Assembly (NCBI GenBank): GCA_041576335.1
Contig: JBFGLD010000001.1
Span: 1 to 28,553, forward strand
Length of the DNA: 28,553 bases
Source of the DNA: Anaerolineae bacterium
Lineage (GTDB): Bacteria; Chloroflexota; Anaerolineae; 4572-78; J111
Direction of reading: 5' to 3'
Shown piece by piece: positions 8,233 through 17,492 of this stretch (position 1 is the first letter of the stretch; each line of letters starts with the position of its first letter). The translations under genes and the position numbers were made by a program. The notes under the pieces were generated by a model. The model was given only the letters and a program-made list of their open reading frames with translations. It was not told the DNA's origin and ran no database searches.

Positions 8233-9081
8233 TTAACCCCCTTCGGCGGGATAAGTTGCGAAGCCCACAATGCCGGGGCCGAAATGAACAGCTAAGGATA
8301 GGGCCAGGTCCGTGACAAAGGTATCCCGGCAATTCAAGCGGGCCTGGATTTCAGACAGCAGCGACGCCGCTTCCAGAGGAGCCTGCGCGTGTACGACACC
8401 CACGTCGACTAACGAGTTTCCTACCTTAGCTTCGGCTAACTCTAACATGCGCAGGAGACCCTTTTTCTTTCCTCTAACCTTGTCTACGACTACCAACGAA
8501 CCCTCCTGTACCCCCACAATTGGTTTGATATTGAGCAGCGAAACCACCGTTTCGCGCAGGCGCCCCACGCGCCCGCTCATTCGTGCAAAACGTAAGTCCC
8601 TGAGCATGAACAACTCGTTTATCTGGGGCGGACGGGCCTCAAGATGAGACGCAATCTCATCGACCGGCCGGCCGGCCTCGGCCAGTTGGGCCGCTTCACG
8701 AACCATCAGTCCCAAGCCCACCGACCCGGTCAAGCTATCGACAACGCTGATTCTTGTCTTATGCTCTAGTTGTTTGGCACTCAAGCAAGCAACATGCCAC
8801 GTTCCGCTCAATTTGCTCGTGACGTGGATCGACAAGATTTCGGTGCCGGCGGGGGCCAGGGCTTCATAAACCGCCTTAAATTGCCCGATTGACGGTTGAG
8901 ACGTCATAGGTAATTTTTGTTCAGCCTCGATCCGGTCATAAAATTCCCCCGAATCGAGCGTTACACCTTCCTGAAACGTCTCCAAACCGAATTGGATATG
9001 TATCGGCACCCTGGTAATGTTGTAACGCCGGAGCCATTCCGGAGGCATGTCACATGTGGTATCAGTAACAATCTTAATCAC
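8233..9081 (-). CDS. DegV/FakB family fatty-acid-binding protein
   Basis: IVTDTTCD, TSQPS, SSKLSGT-like TSKLSGT, DSLTGSVGLG, GRVG, IKPIV and AVHFGPG. Confidence 0.95.
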   Translation of the reverse strand: MIKIVTDTTCDMPPEWLRRYNITRVPIHIQFGLETFQEGVTLDSGEFYDRIEAEQKLPMTSQPSIGQFKAVYEALAPAGTEILSIHVTSKLSGTWHVACLSAKQLEHKTRISVVDSLTGSVGLGLMVREAAQLAEAGRPVDEIASHLEARPPQINELFMLRDLRFARMSGRVGRLRETVVSLLNIKPIVGVQEGSLVVVDKVRGKKKGLLRMLELAEAKVGNSLVDVGVVHAQAPLEAASLLSEIQARLNCRDTFVTDLALSLAVHFGPGIVGFATYPAEGG

Positions 9082-9184
9082 AGCTGTTAGCCTTGCAGAT
9101 ACTTAATTCGGGCAAACAAACACTTACGACTCGATATCGGCCTAACCCAACAATAGTTTAGGGAGTCCGCTAACTGGGCCAATG

Positions 9185-9775
9185 CTAATCTCCTAGAAGT
9201 TCATCCAATTCCGGCGGATTGATTAAATTTTGATGCTCGGCCAATAACTCTTTCAACGACACTAAGGTCCGGTGGTATAGAGACTTGATGGCTCCTTCAC
9301 TCCGGCCCATTATCTGACCGATCTCAGCATTTGACATCTTTTCGATAAATTTTAGGGTTAACAGCTGCTGTCGTTCTGGAGGAAGCCGTTGGATGGCTGC
9401 CAACAAAATTTCTCGTTCGTCGGTTTGCTCGGCAGCTTTGTGAGGGCTTTCTTGACCGTCACCTTTCAGGGTGACGCTCTCCAGGGCAACTATCTGCCGC
9501 CGCTTCGTATCGCGATGCCAATTGGCAACCAAGTTACGGGCAATTCGGTACAGCCAGGCAACAAAAGGAATCCCCCGATTGTGATAATGGGGGATATGGT
9601 TGAGGGCTTTATAAAATACTTTTGCGGTTAGGTCTTCTGCTTCATGGTGATTTCCAACCCGGTAGTAAATATAATTGTATATCTTATCAACATACAGTTC
9701 GTAGAGTTCCCCGAAAGCTGCCGGGTCGGATTTGGCCTGCTCGATCAGTCTATTCTCGTCAACGTCAGCCGTCAT
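9185..9775 (-). CDS. ECF sigma-70 factor
   Basis: Region 2 FGELYELY...AEDLTAKVF...WLYRIARN; region 4 LPPERQQLLTLKFIEKMSNAEIGQIMGRSEGAIKSLYHR. Confidence 0.95.
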   Translation of the reverse strand: MTADVDENRLIEQAKSDPAAFGELYELYVDKIYNYIYYRVGNHHEAEDLTAKVFYKALNHIPHYHNRGIPFVAWLYRIARNLVANWHRDTKRRQIVALESVTLKGDGQESPHKAAEQTDEREILLAAIQRLPPERQQLLTLKFIEKMSNAEIGQIMGRSEGAIKSLYHRTLVSLKELLAEHQNLINPPELDELLGD

Positions 9776-9792
9776 CGGCTATTCCAAACATG

Positions 9793-10494
9793 TCAGACTT
9801 GATGCAACCTGAGCATGGCGTCATTCAAAAAAGAGGACAGCACGGAAATACTTTCGTCACTCAATTCGGTCAATTGATTTTGAAAGCGTTTGGTGTGAGA
9901 GAGCAATTTTTCCGTCATCGTCGAATCGTCTGCATCGTTGGTTAAGGCTGAAGCCAAACTCAAACCGGCCAACGTGGCCAGCCCTACTTGGCCCCTGTTT
10001 CGCAAGCTATCTAACGCTGGCAGCAGATTACGGGCGCGCAGTCGCTCAATATTGAGGAGTTGGACCGAGATCATTTCGGCACAGTAATTTAGGGGGGTTT
10101 TGGCACTGGAAAGGTTCGACAAAGATTCCCGGATAGCATCCGCCGGGTTTACATGACGGGCCTCTTCGAGTTGGCGCAGGATGCGTTTCTTCACGCTTTG
10201 CCAATCGCCGCTGTTGAGTACTTCTTCCCTAAGCAGGGTCAAAAATTGCGCTGCTTTGTTAGTGGGGTAAAATACAATCTGGGATCGACCGGGGCCGGAT
10301 TGGCTATCATTCAATACATAAGAAGAGGCAGCCAAACCTTTTTCTTCTAAAACCTTAAGCATATCGTAAGCCGAAAATTTATTAACGCCGATTTTTTCGG
10401 CAACCATTGAATAATGAACCGGCCCTTTAAACTCGCGATAGAGATCAAATAAATTATCCAGGAACGTTTGTTGGCGAGGCGTTAGCTTAAGCAT
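9793..10494 (-). CDS. Winged-helix transcriptional regulator with uncharacterised helical C-terminal domain
   Basis: I prefer ATG 10494 (MLKLTPRQQTFL, GGAAAGGTGG SD). HTH-like segment PVHYSMVAEKIGVNKFSAYDMLKVLEEKG. Confidence 0.75.
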   Translation of the reverse strand: MLKLTPRQQTFLDNLFDLYREFKGPVHYSMVAEKIGVNKFSAYDMLKVLEEKGLAASSYVLNDSQSGPGRSQIVFYPTNKAAQFLTLLREEVLNSGDWQSVKKRILRQLEEARHVNPADAIRESLSNLSSAKTPLNYCAEMISVQLLNIERLRARNLLPALDSLRNRGQVGLATLAGLSLASALTNDADDSTMTEKLLSHTKRFQNQLTELSDESISVLSSFLNDAMLRLHQV

Positions 10495-10887
10495 TGTAAA
10501 CCACCTTTCCAGGAAGATCATACAAGACCAGAAAAACCGAAATTTCCACCGAATTGTACCTTTATCTCGACAGCTTGTCAATTGAACGAGTCGCCGGGAG
10601 TCTGTCCTAAATTTTGGAGCACAAGCTGACAGTCAATTTTTACCTCGGTTATGGCCTGGTATTGCCCAGTCTCTGCAAAAGCGTTCAATTCTTAGCGACT
10701 GTCAGATAAAATCTGGGACACATTCGGTCCCCAGGAAGATACGGAAACTTGAGCAAATTCTTGAATTTCTGCCTACACCGTAACCTTTCGACTGTATGAG
10801 TTTTAATATCAGTGAAGTTATTTGCCTCTCAGTAGAGGCAAACCAAAATTTACGCGAAATGTTTGATAGGAGGCCAGAGAGATAACT

Positions 10888-12153
10888 ATGTTTGCAAACG
10901 GTAATGGCAAACGGCGACGCGTCGTGATTACAGGCATGGGTATGATTAGCCCGCTGGGTAATGATTTAGCTTCAAACTGGACTGCCATGATGAACGGCGA
11001 ATGTGGCGTTGGACCCATCACTAAATTTGACACATCGGATTTTCCTTGCACCATCGCCGCCTTTGTAAAAGATTTCGATCCACTCAATTACATGGACAAA
11101 CGTGATGCTCGGCGTATGGCACCGTTTCTACACTTCGCCGTGGCTGCAGCTCAAGAAGCGGTAGCTCACGCGGAGCTTGACTTTAGCCGGGAAGATCCAA
11201 TCCGGGTCGGGGTGGAGATTGGCAGCGCCATCGGTGGCAGTGATGTGGTCGAAGAACAGGCCTTGATTTTAGCCGAACGAGGGGCGAAAAAGGTTAATCC
11301 AGCCGCTATTCCCGCCTTGTTAATCAACATGCCGGGTTGTTTCGTCGCCATCAATTTTGATATTCGCGGTCCGGTCAATGCCTCGGTTACTGCCTGCGCC
11401 ACCGGAATTTCGGGTATAGGCGAAGGGATGCGCCGGATAGTCTGGGGCGATGCCGATGTGATGTTGGCCGGGGGAACGGATAGTGCGATTACGCCGGTCA
11501 CAGTCAGTGCCTTTGGGCGTTTGACGGCTCTTTCACGCCGCAATGATACGCCCAAGAAATCGATTACACCCTTTGATGCGAGTCGCGACGGTACCGTCAT
11601 CGGTGAAGGCGCCGGGGTTGTAATTTTAGAAACGCTCGAACATGCCCAAGCTCGTGGAGCCAGGATTTTGGCCGAAGTGGTAGGATACTCCCTGACCAGT
11701 GACGCCTATCATATCTCTTCACCTCGCGAAGATGGGAGCAGCGCGGCGCGCGCGATGCAGAATGCCCTAAAAGACGGAAAGGTTCAACCTCACGAGGTTG
11801 ACTATATTGGCGCCCACGGCACCGGCACCCCGATGAATGATACTATCGAAACCGGAGCTATCAAAACAGCCTTAGGCGAAGCTGCCTTCGATGTTGCGAT
11901 TAGCTCCATCAAAAGTATGACCGGGCATACCCTGGGCGCGGCAGGGGCTCTATCCGTTATCGCCGCGATTAAGGCTATGCACGAAGGCTGTCTTCCCCCG
12001 ACCATCAATCTCGATACCCCTGATCCGGATTGCGACCTGGACTACATTCCCAACGAACCCCGCCAGGCCGAGCTGAACGTCGCGTTGATTAATGGGTTTG
12101 GCTTTGGGGGACAAAACGCCTGCGTTGTTCTAAGAAAGTGGAACGGTCAATAA
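10888..12153 (+). CDS. fabF: Beta-ketoacyl-ACP synthase II
   Basis: RRVVITGMG, catalytic TACATG, AHGTGT, KSMTGHTLGAAG and NGFGFGGQNA. Confidence 0.96.
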   Translation: MFANGNGKRRRVVITGMGMISPLGNDLASNWTAMMNGECGVGPITKFDTSDFPCTIAAFVKDFDPLNYMDKRDARRMAPFLHFAVAAAQEAVAHAELDFSREDPIRVGVEIGSAIGGSDVVEEQALILAERGAKKVNPAAIPALLINMPGCFVAINFDIRGPVNASVTACATGISGIGEGMRRIVWGDADVMLAGGTDSAITPVTVSAFGRLTALSRRNDTPKKSITPFDASRDGTVIGEGAGVVILETLEHAQARGARILAEVVGYSLTSDAYHISSPREDGSSAARAMQNALKDGKVQPHEVDYIGAHGTGTPMNDTIETGAIKTALGEAAFDVAISSIKSMTGHTLGAAGALSVIAAIKAMHEGCLPPTINLDTPDPDCDLDYIPNEPRQAELNVALINGFGFGGQNACVVLRKWNGQ

Positions 12154-12338
12154 CTAAAGTCTGCCCAAATTGCAGACGAGTTGTTAATGCTTCGGTTATA
12201 TCGTGTCGGGCCTGCGGCAGCAGCTTGAAACGAGCCAAGTACGTCTGTACGAATTGTAACATCATGGTATTTCCGAACCGGTCAACACGCCCAGGATGTG
12301 GTAACGCCTTAAAATCGACTCCAGGACAAGCCGCCTAG
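12138..12338 (+). other. Double zinc-ribbon micro-ORF, possibly degenerate
   Basis: CPNC-x10-CRAC-x10-CTNC-x10-RPGC. GTG start overlaps the fabF end; SD is weak. Confidence 0.5.
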
Positions 12339-12348
12339 CGACCGCGAC

Positions 12349-13038
12349 CTACCACGGCAACCCGACGGCCCCGGTTAAGAATTCCATAAACGGCGTCGCC
12401 TTACGGCAGGTCGCCGCAAAATGATCGACAAAATTTGGGGCGTACGTTTTATCCTCGCTCAAAGAAGTGACCGCGATAAAATCTTTACGTTTTAAATCTT
12501 CGACCAGTGGATGTTCAGGATCATAGCCCTTTGGCGCCCGTTTCAACGAGTCACCCTCCATCGTAAATGCGGCTCGAAAAGCGTCATTTGAGATGATCCG
12601 CTGCCAACGGTCGGGCTGCTCTACGATGGCATCGCGAATCCGATTTAAGGTCTTTGTGTCCGGATGCCAGATCCCAACGCCCCCAAAGACACCGTCCGGC
12701 TCCAAGTGCAGATAAAAGCCGGGTGCGTGGACATCCTTGCCGCTCTCATGGCGAAATTGAACCCCTGCGTGCGTCTTGTACGGGCTTTTATCGGCAGAGA
12801 AGCGAATATCTCGGTTGATTCGGAAGAGCGACCCACCCGACTTGCGCGCATCGGCCACGTAGTGCGGACTAATTTCCGCCAGCCGTACCCCAAATTCGCT
12901 AATGAAACGCAGCAAAGGCTCCCGCACTTGCCTCTCGTAACGGCGCTTGTTCGCCTGAAACCAGTCCCGGTCATTGTTTTGCTTTAGCTCTCGAAGAAAT
13001 GTGAAAAGTTCCGGCGTAATATAGGTTTGGTCGGACAT
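12349..13038 (-). CDS. DUF2461 / TIGR02453 family protein
   Basis: FLRELKQNNDRDWFQANK, FRINRDIRFSADKSPYK, PGFYLHL and LKRAPKGY. Confidence 0.95.
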   Translation of the reverse strand: MSDQTYITPELFTFLRELKQNNDRDWFQANKRRYERQVREPLLRFISEFGVRLAEISPHYVADARKSGGSLFRINRDIRFSADKSPYKTHAGVQFRHESGKDVHAPGFYLHLEPDGVFGGVGIWHPDTKTLNRIRDAIVEQPDRWQRIISNDAFRAAFTMEGDSLKRAPKGYDPEHPLVEDLKRKDFIAVTSLSEDKTYAPNFVDHFAATCRKATPFMEFLTGAVGLPW

Positions 13039-13344
13039 TGAGGTTACCCCCTAAATCTAGTGAATTCATAGTCATACTGGTTAAATTGTATCATTTTAGA
13101 TGCTTTCTGCAGCTATAGACCGGCTGCTTGATTGAGCAGCCCTGTGCCTCAAAATAAACTTCATCAACGGCGACTTTAAATCGGCCATAACCGACCTTAT
13201 CAGGGTGGTCAAAGTAATTCTTGCCTCCGTTGAGAGCAGTCTCCCCAGCGCAGCCTGACTTGGCAAATTCATCTTATCATACGCCTGCTGACACCGGTAT
13301 GTCGGTATGTCAGGGACTTCAGTCAAAATCGTCATAATATGGGT

Positions 13345-13408
13345 AAAAAAGCCAAAAAAAGCCGGCTGCTCCCACAGAGCGAAATTTTCTATGGCAGCAG
13401 CCGGCTTT
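13345..13408 (-). terminator. Intrinsic terminator of the VOC gene
   Basis: 13-bp inverted repeat AAAGCCGGCTGCT (13358-13370) / AGCAGCCGGCTTT (13396-13408), followed on the minus strand by U-runs, 16 nt after the stop. Confidence 0.75.
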
Positions 13409-13423
13409 ACTGGCTCGGCTAAA

Positions 13424-13789
13424 TTATCCCATCGAGTGTAAACCGACTTTATTGCCTTCAGTATCCGTAAAGAAGGCGACAAAGCCGTGTTGGCCGATAT
13501 CGGTTTTTGGCATCAATACCTTGCCACCAACTCCTTCGACCTTGTTTAAAACCGAGCTCAAATCCTCGCCACCGTTAAGGTAGACAACCGTGCCCACTGT
13601 GCTCGGCACGTAGCCGTCTCCCCTAATAAGGGCGCCACCAACGCCATCCTCGGCCGGGAACATAGCCATCAAAAAGCCAGCCATCGCTTCCATTGTTGCC
13701 AATTCTATGCCAAAGATGGTGCTATAAAACTTCTGGGCACGATTCATATCCGTTACGGGAATTTCGAACCAATTCAATGCATTTGCCAC
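13424..13789 (-). CDS. VOC (glyoxalase/bleomycin resistance) family protein
   Basis: WFEIPVTDMNRAQKFY, VEGVGGKV and FTDTEGNKVGL. Confidence 0.95.
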   Translation of the reverse strand: MANALNWFEIPVTDMNRAQKFYSTIFGIELATMEAMAGFLMAMFPAEDGVGGALIRGDGYVPSTVGTVVYLNGGEDLSSVLNKVEGVGGKVLMPKTDIGQHGFVAFFTDTEGNKVGLHSMG

Positions 13790-13884
13790 AATTACGCTCC
13801 TTTCATCCTAACAGTATATGGCCTGTAGTCCGACAACTTTTTTATGATTACAGCTTAGCACATTTGTTCTGATGTGTCAATTAT

Positions 13885-13904
13885 TTGAGCCAAATTTGGC
13901 TCAA
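13885..13904. repeat. Perfect 20-bp palindrome TTGAGCCAAATTTGGCTCAA
   Basis: Read directly in the divergent VOC/deaminase intergenic region. Confidence 0.85.
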
Positions 13905-14325
13905 TAATGACGCATCCGGCCTGGATAATTCTTTTGCGAAACATGCCCAACTGCAGCCGTTAGTCGGACACTTTGCCCGCGAGTTCATGACAAATTTAGC
14001 GTCCATTTGGCAGCAGAAGCAGTTTGTTATACCATTTGAGTGACAAGGCGTGAGAATAGAACTTGATTATACTGTACCCGACTTAGAAACATAAATAAGC
14101 GAGAGCATGTTTTACCTTGTCACCCTGTTACGGGATCAGCCCTGAAGTCGTGATAAACGGGGATTAGATCGTGGTCTGCCTTTGGGAAGTCGCCCACATT
14201 GATGATTGGCAAAGAGTGCCGAATTGGCCGTCACCCCCCTTCAGATGGTCATCCCGCCTTTGATTGTTAAACGAAATTAAGTTACCATTATGCCAGGCTA
14301 CTTCAGAAGAGAGGAGAACAAGCCC

Positions 14326-14763
14326 ATGGATCAGTTTATGCAAGCCGCAGTTGAAGAAGCCCACAAGGGACTTGAAGAAGGCGGTATCCCCATCGGGGCG
14401 GTACTGGTCATCGACGATCAAATTGTAGGACGGGGGCATAACCGGCGTGTACAGAAAGGGAGTGCTGTATTACACGCAGAGATGGACTGTCTCGAAAATG
14501 CCGGTCGGTTAAGCGCCGCCGAATATCAGCGAGCGGTGCTTTATTCCACGCTCTCCCCGTGCGATATGTGCAGCGGGGCAATAGTGCTATACAAAATACC
14601 AAAAATTATCATTGGCGAAAACCAAACGTTTCAAGGCCCGGAAGATTATCTACTCTCTCGTGGGGTGGAGTTGGAAGTCCTGAACGAGGCTGAATGTGTT
14701 CAGCTAATGGAAGCATTCATTCAATCGAATCCGGAGTTATGGGACGAGGATATCGGCGAATAG
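14326..14763 (+). CDS. Nucleoside/cytosine deaminase (Fcy1-like, zinc-dependent)
   Basis: I prefer ATG 14326 (AGGAG SD). EEGGIPIGAVL, GHNRRVQ, HAEMDCLENAG and PCDMC. Confidence 0.9.
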   Translation: MDQFMQAAVEEAHKGLEEGGIPIGAVLVIDDQIVGRGHNRRVQKGSAVLHAEMDCLENAGRLSAAEYQRAVLYSTLSPCDMCSGAIVLYKIPKIIIGENQTFQGPEDYLLSRGVELEVLNEAECVQLMEAFIQSNPELWDEDIGE

Positions 14764-14952
14764 GAGCGAAAGGCAGAGCGCAGCTGACACAAAGCCGCGA
14801 CCCCGCTCACCCAGGATATAGGGTTTTGCAGCGAGGGCAAAGGATTTTATTATCGAGCCGGTTGGGCCGAATATCCGTAGTTAAGGGCAGGCAGGACTCT
14901 GAAAAAAACCGTTAGAGCCAAAGGCAAAAGAATTTATAGCCGGCTAAACCGG

Positions 14953-15834
14953 TTGAGCCGGGGAACAGTAGCCATTCTCCTCCAGGCGACGCAAACCTTC
15001 GCCGAGGCGCGGGCCGCTCAGGCAGCGGCCGGGATCGCCTATTATACGCTTTTCTCGCTCTTTCCGCTGCTGCTTCTTCTGATTACGTTTGCAACCTCCA
15101 TCTTACGAAGCCAAGAGGTAGTTAACGAAATCCTAAATTTTACGAGCCAGGTCTTCCCCACCTCTCAGGGTTTGGTCAGAGAAAACATTCAACAAGTGCT
15201 GGAGTCGCGGGGTACAGTCGGGACAGCCGCGGCTATCGGCTTGTTATGGGCAGCGACGAGCGTTTTCGTTTTGCTGACGGAAAATATCAACCAGGCCTGG
15301 CATAGCGCCAAACCACGAGGATTTTTACAAGGCCGGATTGTAGGGGTGATCATCATATTTGTTCTAGCCGCCCTGATTACGCTTTCCCTACTTTCGTCGA
15401 CGTTGTTTGATTTCCTACCCCGGTTTGATATTAAGGCACCTTTATGGAATGGCGTTTCAATCTACGACACGTTCTCGTGGCAGATTGCGGCCAGGTTGGT
15501 ACCCTGGTTTTTCATTTTTTTGATGTTCTTAGGTTTATACCTGTGGGTACCCAACACAAAGGTCCATTGGTCCGAGGCTTTTTGGGGCGCATTGGTGGCA
15601 ACGACGGCATGGGAGTTCACCAAATCGGGCTTTACGTGGTATCTCAGGAGCGGCCTGGCTAGATATCGACTTGTTTACGGTTCTCTCGGTACGGTTGTAG
15701 CGCTGATGTTATGGATCTACTTGAGTAGTATGATTATTCTGTTCGGCGCTCATCTCAGCGCCGCGATCACACTGAACAACCGCTCAAAAAAACGCCTCCC
15801 CTCAGCACGCAAGCCGAGCGCAAAGGGTCGTTAA
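14953..15834 (+). CDS. YihY/BrkB family inner-membrane protein
   Basis: AAGIAYYTLFSLFPLL, NQAW, LYLWVP and YGSLGTVVALMLWIY. The start is uncertain because the frame is open back to 14881. Confidence 0.92.
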   Translation: MSRGTVAILLQATQTFAEARAAQAAAGIAYYTLFSLFPLLLLLITFATSILRSQEVVNEILNFTSQVFPTSQGLVRENIQQVLESRGTVGTAAAIGLLWAATSVFVLLTENINQAWHSAKPRGFLQGRIVGVIIIFVLAALITLSLLSSTLFDFLPRFDIKAPLWNGVSIYDTFSWQIAARLVPWFFIFLMFLGLYLWVPNTKVHWSEAFWGALVATTAWEFTKSGFTWYLRSGLARYRLVYGSLGTVVALMLWIYLSSMIILFGAHLSAAITLNNRSKKRLPSARKPSAKGR

Positions 15835-15892
15835 GTTTGACAGAGGCAATAGCCGACCGGCTTTGACTTGATAAGGCCGTTATGAAAACGAC

Positions 15893-17272
15893 TCACAAAA
15901 TTTCGCCGGATTTGGCCTTGACAAAATAGCCCTGGCAAGCTTCTTCAATTAACTGAGGGCTCATATGGAGCGGTTCCTCGGCATATTCACAGATAACCTT
16001 AACTGCTCTGAGAATATCGCGCGGATGGACAGATTGGAGTGGTTTACCTGTCTTACGGTACCATTCGTTGAGAAAATAGAGAAAAGAGTCCTTATCAACG
16101 TCCGCAAAACCAAGTGCCTTGGCCTGATTCACAAAAATCTGAAAAAACATCTTTTCATCAGGCCCGAAAACACCGACTTTAAGCTGGATACGACGTAGGA
16201 AAGCGCCATCAACCAAGTCATCCGGGTCTAAATTAGTGCTAAATACCAAAAGTTGCTTAAAGGGAAGCTCGAATGTCATGCCTGAGTTGAGCCGCAAAAA
16301 ATCGATCTCGGTTTCTAAAGGCACGATCCACCGGTTTAGGAGTTCGCTGGGGCTAATCTGCTGACGGCCAAAATCGTCAATGAGAAACATGCCGCAGTTT
16401 GCCTTCATTTGCATAGGGGCCTCGTAATATTTGGCCGTCTCCTCATACCGAAGGTCCAGGTGATCCATTTTTAACTCACCACCCACCATCACTGAGGGCC
16501 GGCTAAACAACCCCCACCGCTTATCCGTAGCCCCCCGCTCTTCCATACTATATTTGTGGATGAGGCTGTCAAAAATCTGAATAACCGCCCCACCAATGGT
16601 AACTGCATACGGAATCCAAATCGGTGCCCCCTTGCCCAACATCCTGCCGATCGCCTCGGCTATAGTCGTCTTGCCGTTGCCGGGGGGACCGTATAAGAAG
16701 AGAGAACTACCGGCATTAATCGCTGGTCCAATCTTTCGGTCGAAATCTGTGGGGAGAATAAGGCTGTCCAACGCATTTTGAACTTGCTGCCTTGATAGTT
16801 TTTGAATGATTGCCTGTAACAACACAGATTTACTATATTTCTTCAGGGGAATGGGGGCCGGACCGACGTATTGGGTGCGTTCAAATGCTTCTTTGGCCCG
16901 GGCTCGGCCGGCATCGGTCAAGCTATAAACATACCCGCGCCGGCCCAAGCTGCCCACGGCTTTAGAAACTTCGAGCAAGTGTTCCTGCTGCATCCAAGAG
17001 AGCATCTCATCTATCAGGCGAAACGGCAATTTGACAATCTCCTCGGCATGAGTGGCACTGACTTCACCCTCATTGTAAGTCAGCCTCAGGAGAATATCGA
17101 TGACCATGCCTTGGCTAATGTCTAAATCATCCAGGCTTGAGGGAGGCTCCAAAAGCTCAGCCATCCCTCTGAAGCGTTTGACGCTTGGCAATTCTAAATT
17201 TGAGGTGGATGGCGGCTGATTCAAGGTGGGTCCAGTATTACGTAATTGTCTTATATTCGCGGTCGTAGTCAT
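15893..17272 (-). CDS. Uncharacterised AAA+ ATPase with N-terminal winged-helix-like region
   Basis: Walker A GPPGNGKT, Walker B MFLIDDFG, STN sensor and AFLRRI arginine-finger region. Confidence 0.88.
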   Translation of the reverse strand: MTTTANIRQLRNTGPTLNQPPSTSNLELPSVKRFRGMAELLEPPSSLDDLDISQGMVIDILLRLTYNEGEVSATHAEEIVKLPFRLIDEMLSWMQQEHLLEVSKAVGSLGRRGYVYSLTDAGRARAKEAFERTQYVGPAPIPLKKYSKSVLLQAIIQKLSRQQVQNALDSLILPTDFDRKIGPAINAGSSLFLYGPPGNGKTTIAEAIGRMLGKGAPIWIPYAVTIGGAVIQIFDSLIHKYSMEERGATDKRWGLFSRPSVMVGGELKMDHLDLRYEETAKYYEAPMQMKANCGMFLIDDFGRQQISPSELLNRWIVPLETEIDFLRLNSGMTFELPFKQLLVFSTNLDPDDLVDGAFLRRIQLKVGVFGPDEKMFFQIFVNQAKALGFADVDKDSFLYFLNEWYRKTGKPLQSVHPRDILRAVKVICEYAEEPLHMSPQLIEEACQGYFVKAKSGEIL

Positions 17273-17492
17273 AGTCAGTACTCCAGCAAGGCAGAAAAAA
17301 TTTTTGGTTTATACGTTTAACAGACTTTATCCTTATAACACGGTAAAGGTTGGAAATTATTCTGGGTCGCAGACACCCCTTTGAGGCTCATTTATTAGTG
17401 TCCCCCAGATTCTTCGAGGTATAAAAGGTCGTATGGCAGCCAGACTTTCTCCATTTTGAAATAACCGGTAGTCTTGTTTAATAAATTCGAGT

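Noticed and set aside
12130-12153. -1 frameshift fusing fabF to the zinc-ribbon ORF
   Set aside because: The junction reads A AGA AAG, not a canonical slippery heptamer such as A AAA AAG, and I see no stimulatory structure.
13091-13273. 60-codon stop-free minus-strand frame with protein-like text (GGKNYFDHPDKVGYGRFKVAVDEVYFEAQ)
   Set aside because: No start codon (two stops directly precede it) and I cannot assign a family. A blastx hit would upgrade it to a pseudogene relic.
13096-13482. 128-aa minus-strand ORF between DUF2461 and VOC
   Set aside because: It overlaps the VOC 3' end, runs through the VOC terminator, has no SD and shows no recognisable motif.
14090-14325. Possible purine/pyrimidine or guanidine riboswitch, or leader peptide (MFYLVTLLRDQP), upstream of the deaminase
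   Set aside because: Only short scattered stems, with no consensus of a riboswitch class I recognise and no terminator or SD-sequestering helix.
15853-15880. Weak hairpin CGGCTTT/AAGGCCG between the convergent YihY and AAA+ genes
   Set aside because: A 7-bp stem with a wobble pair and no clear U-tract on either strand is too weak to call a terminator.
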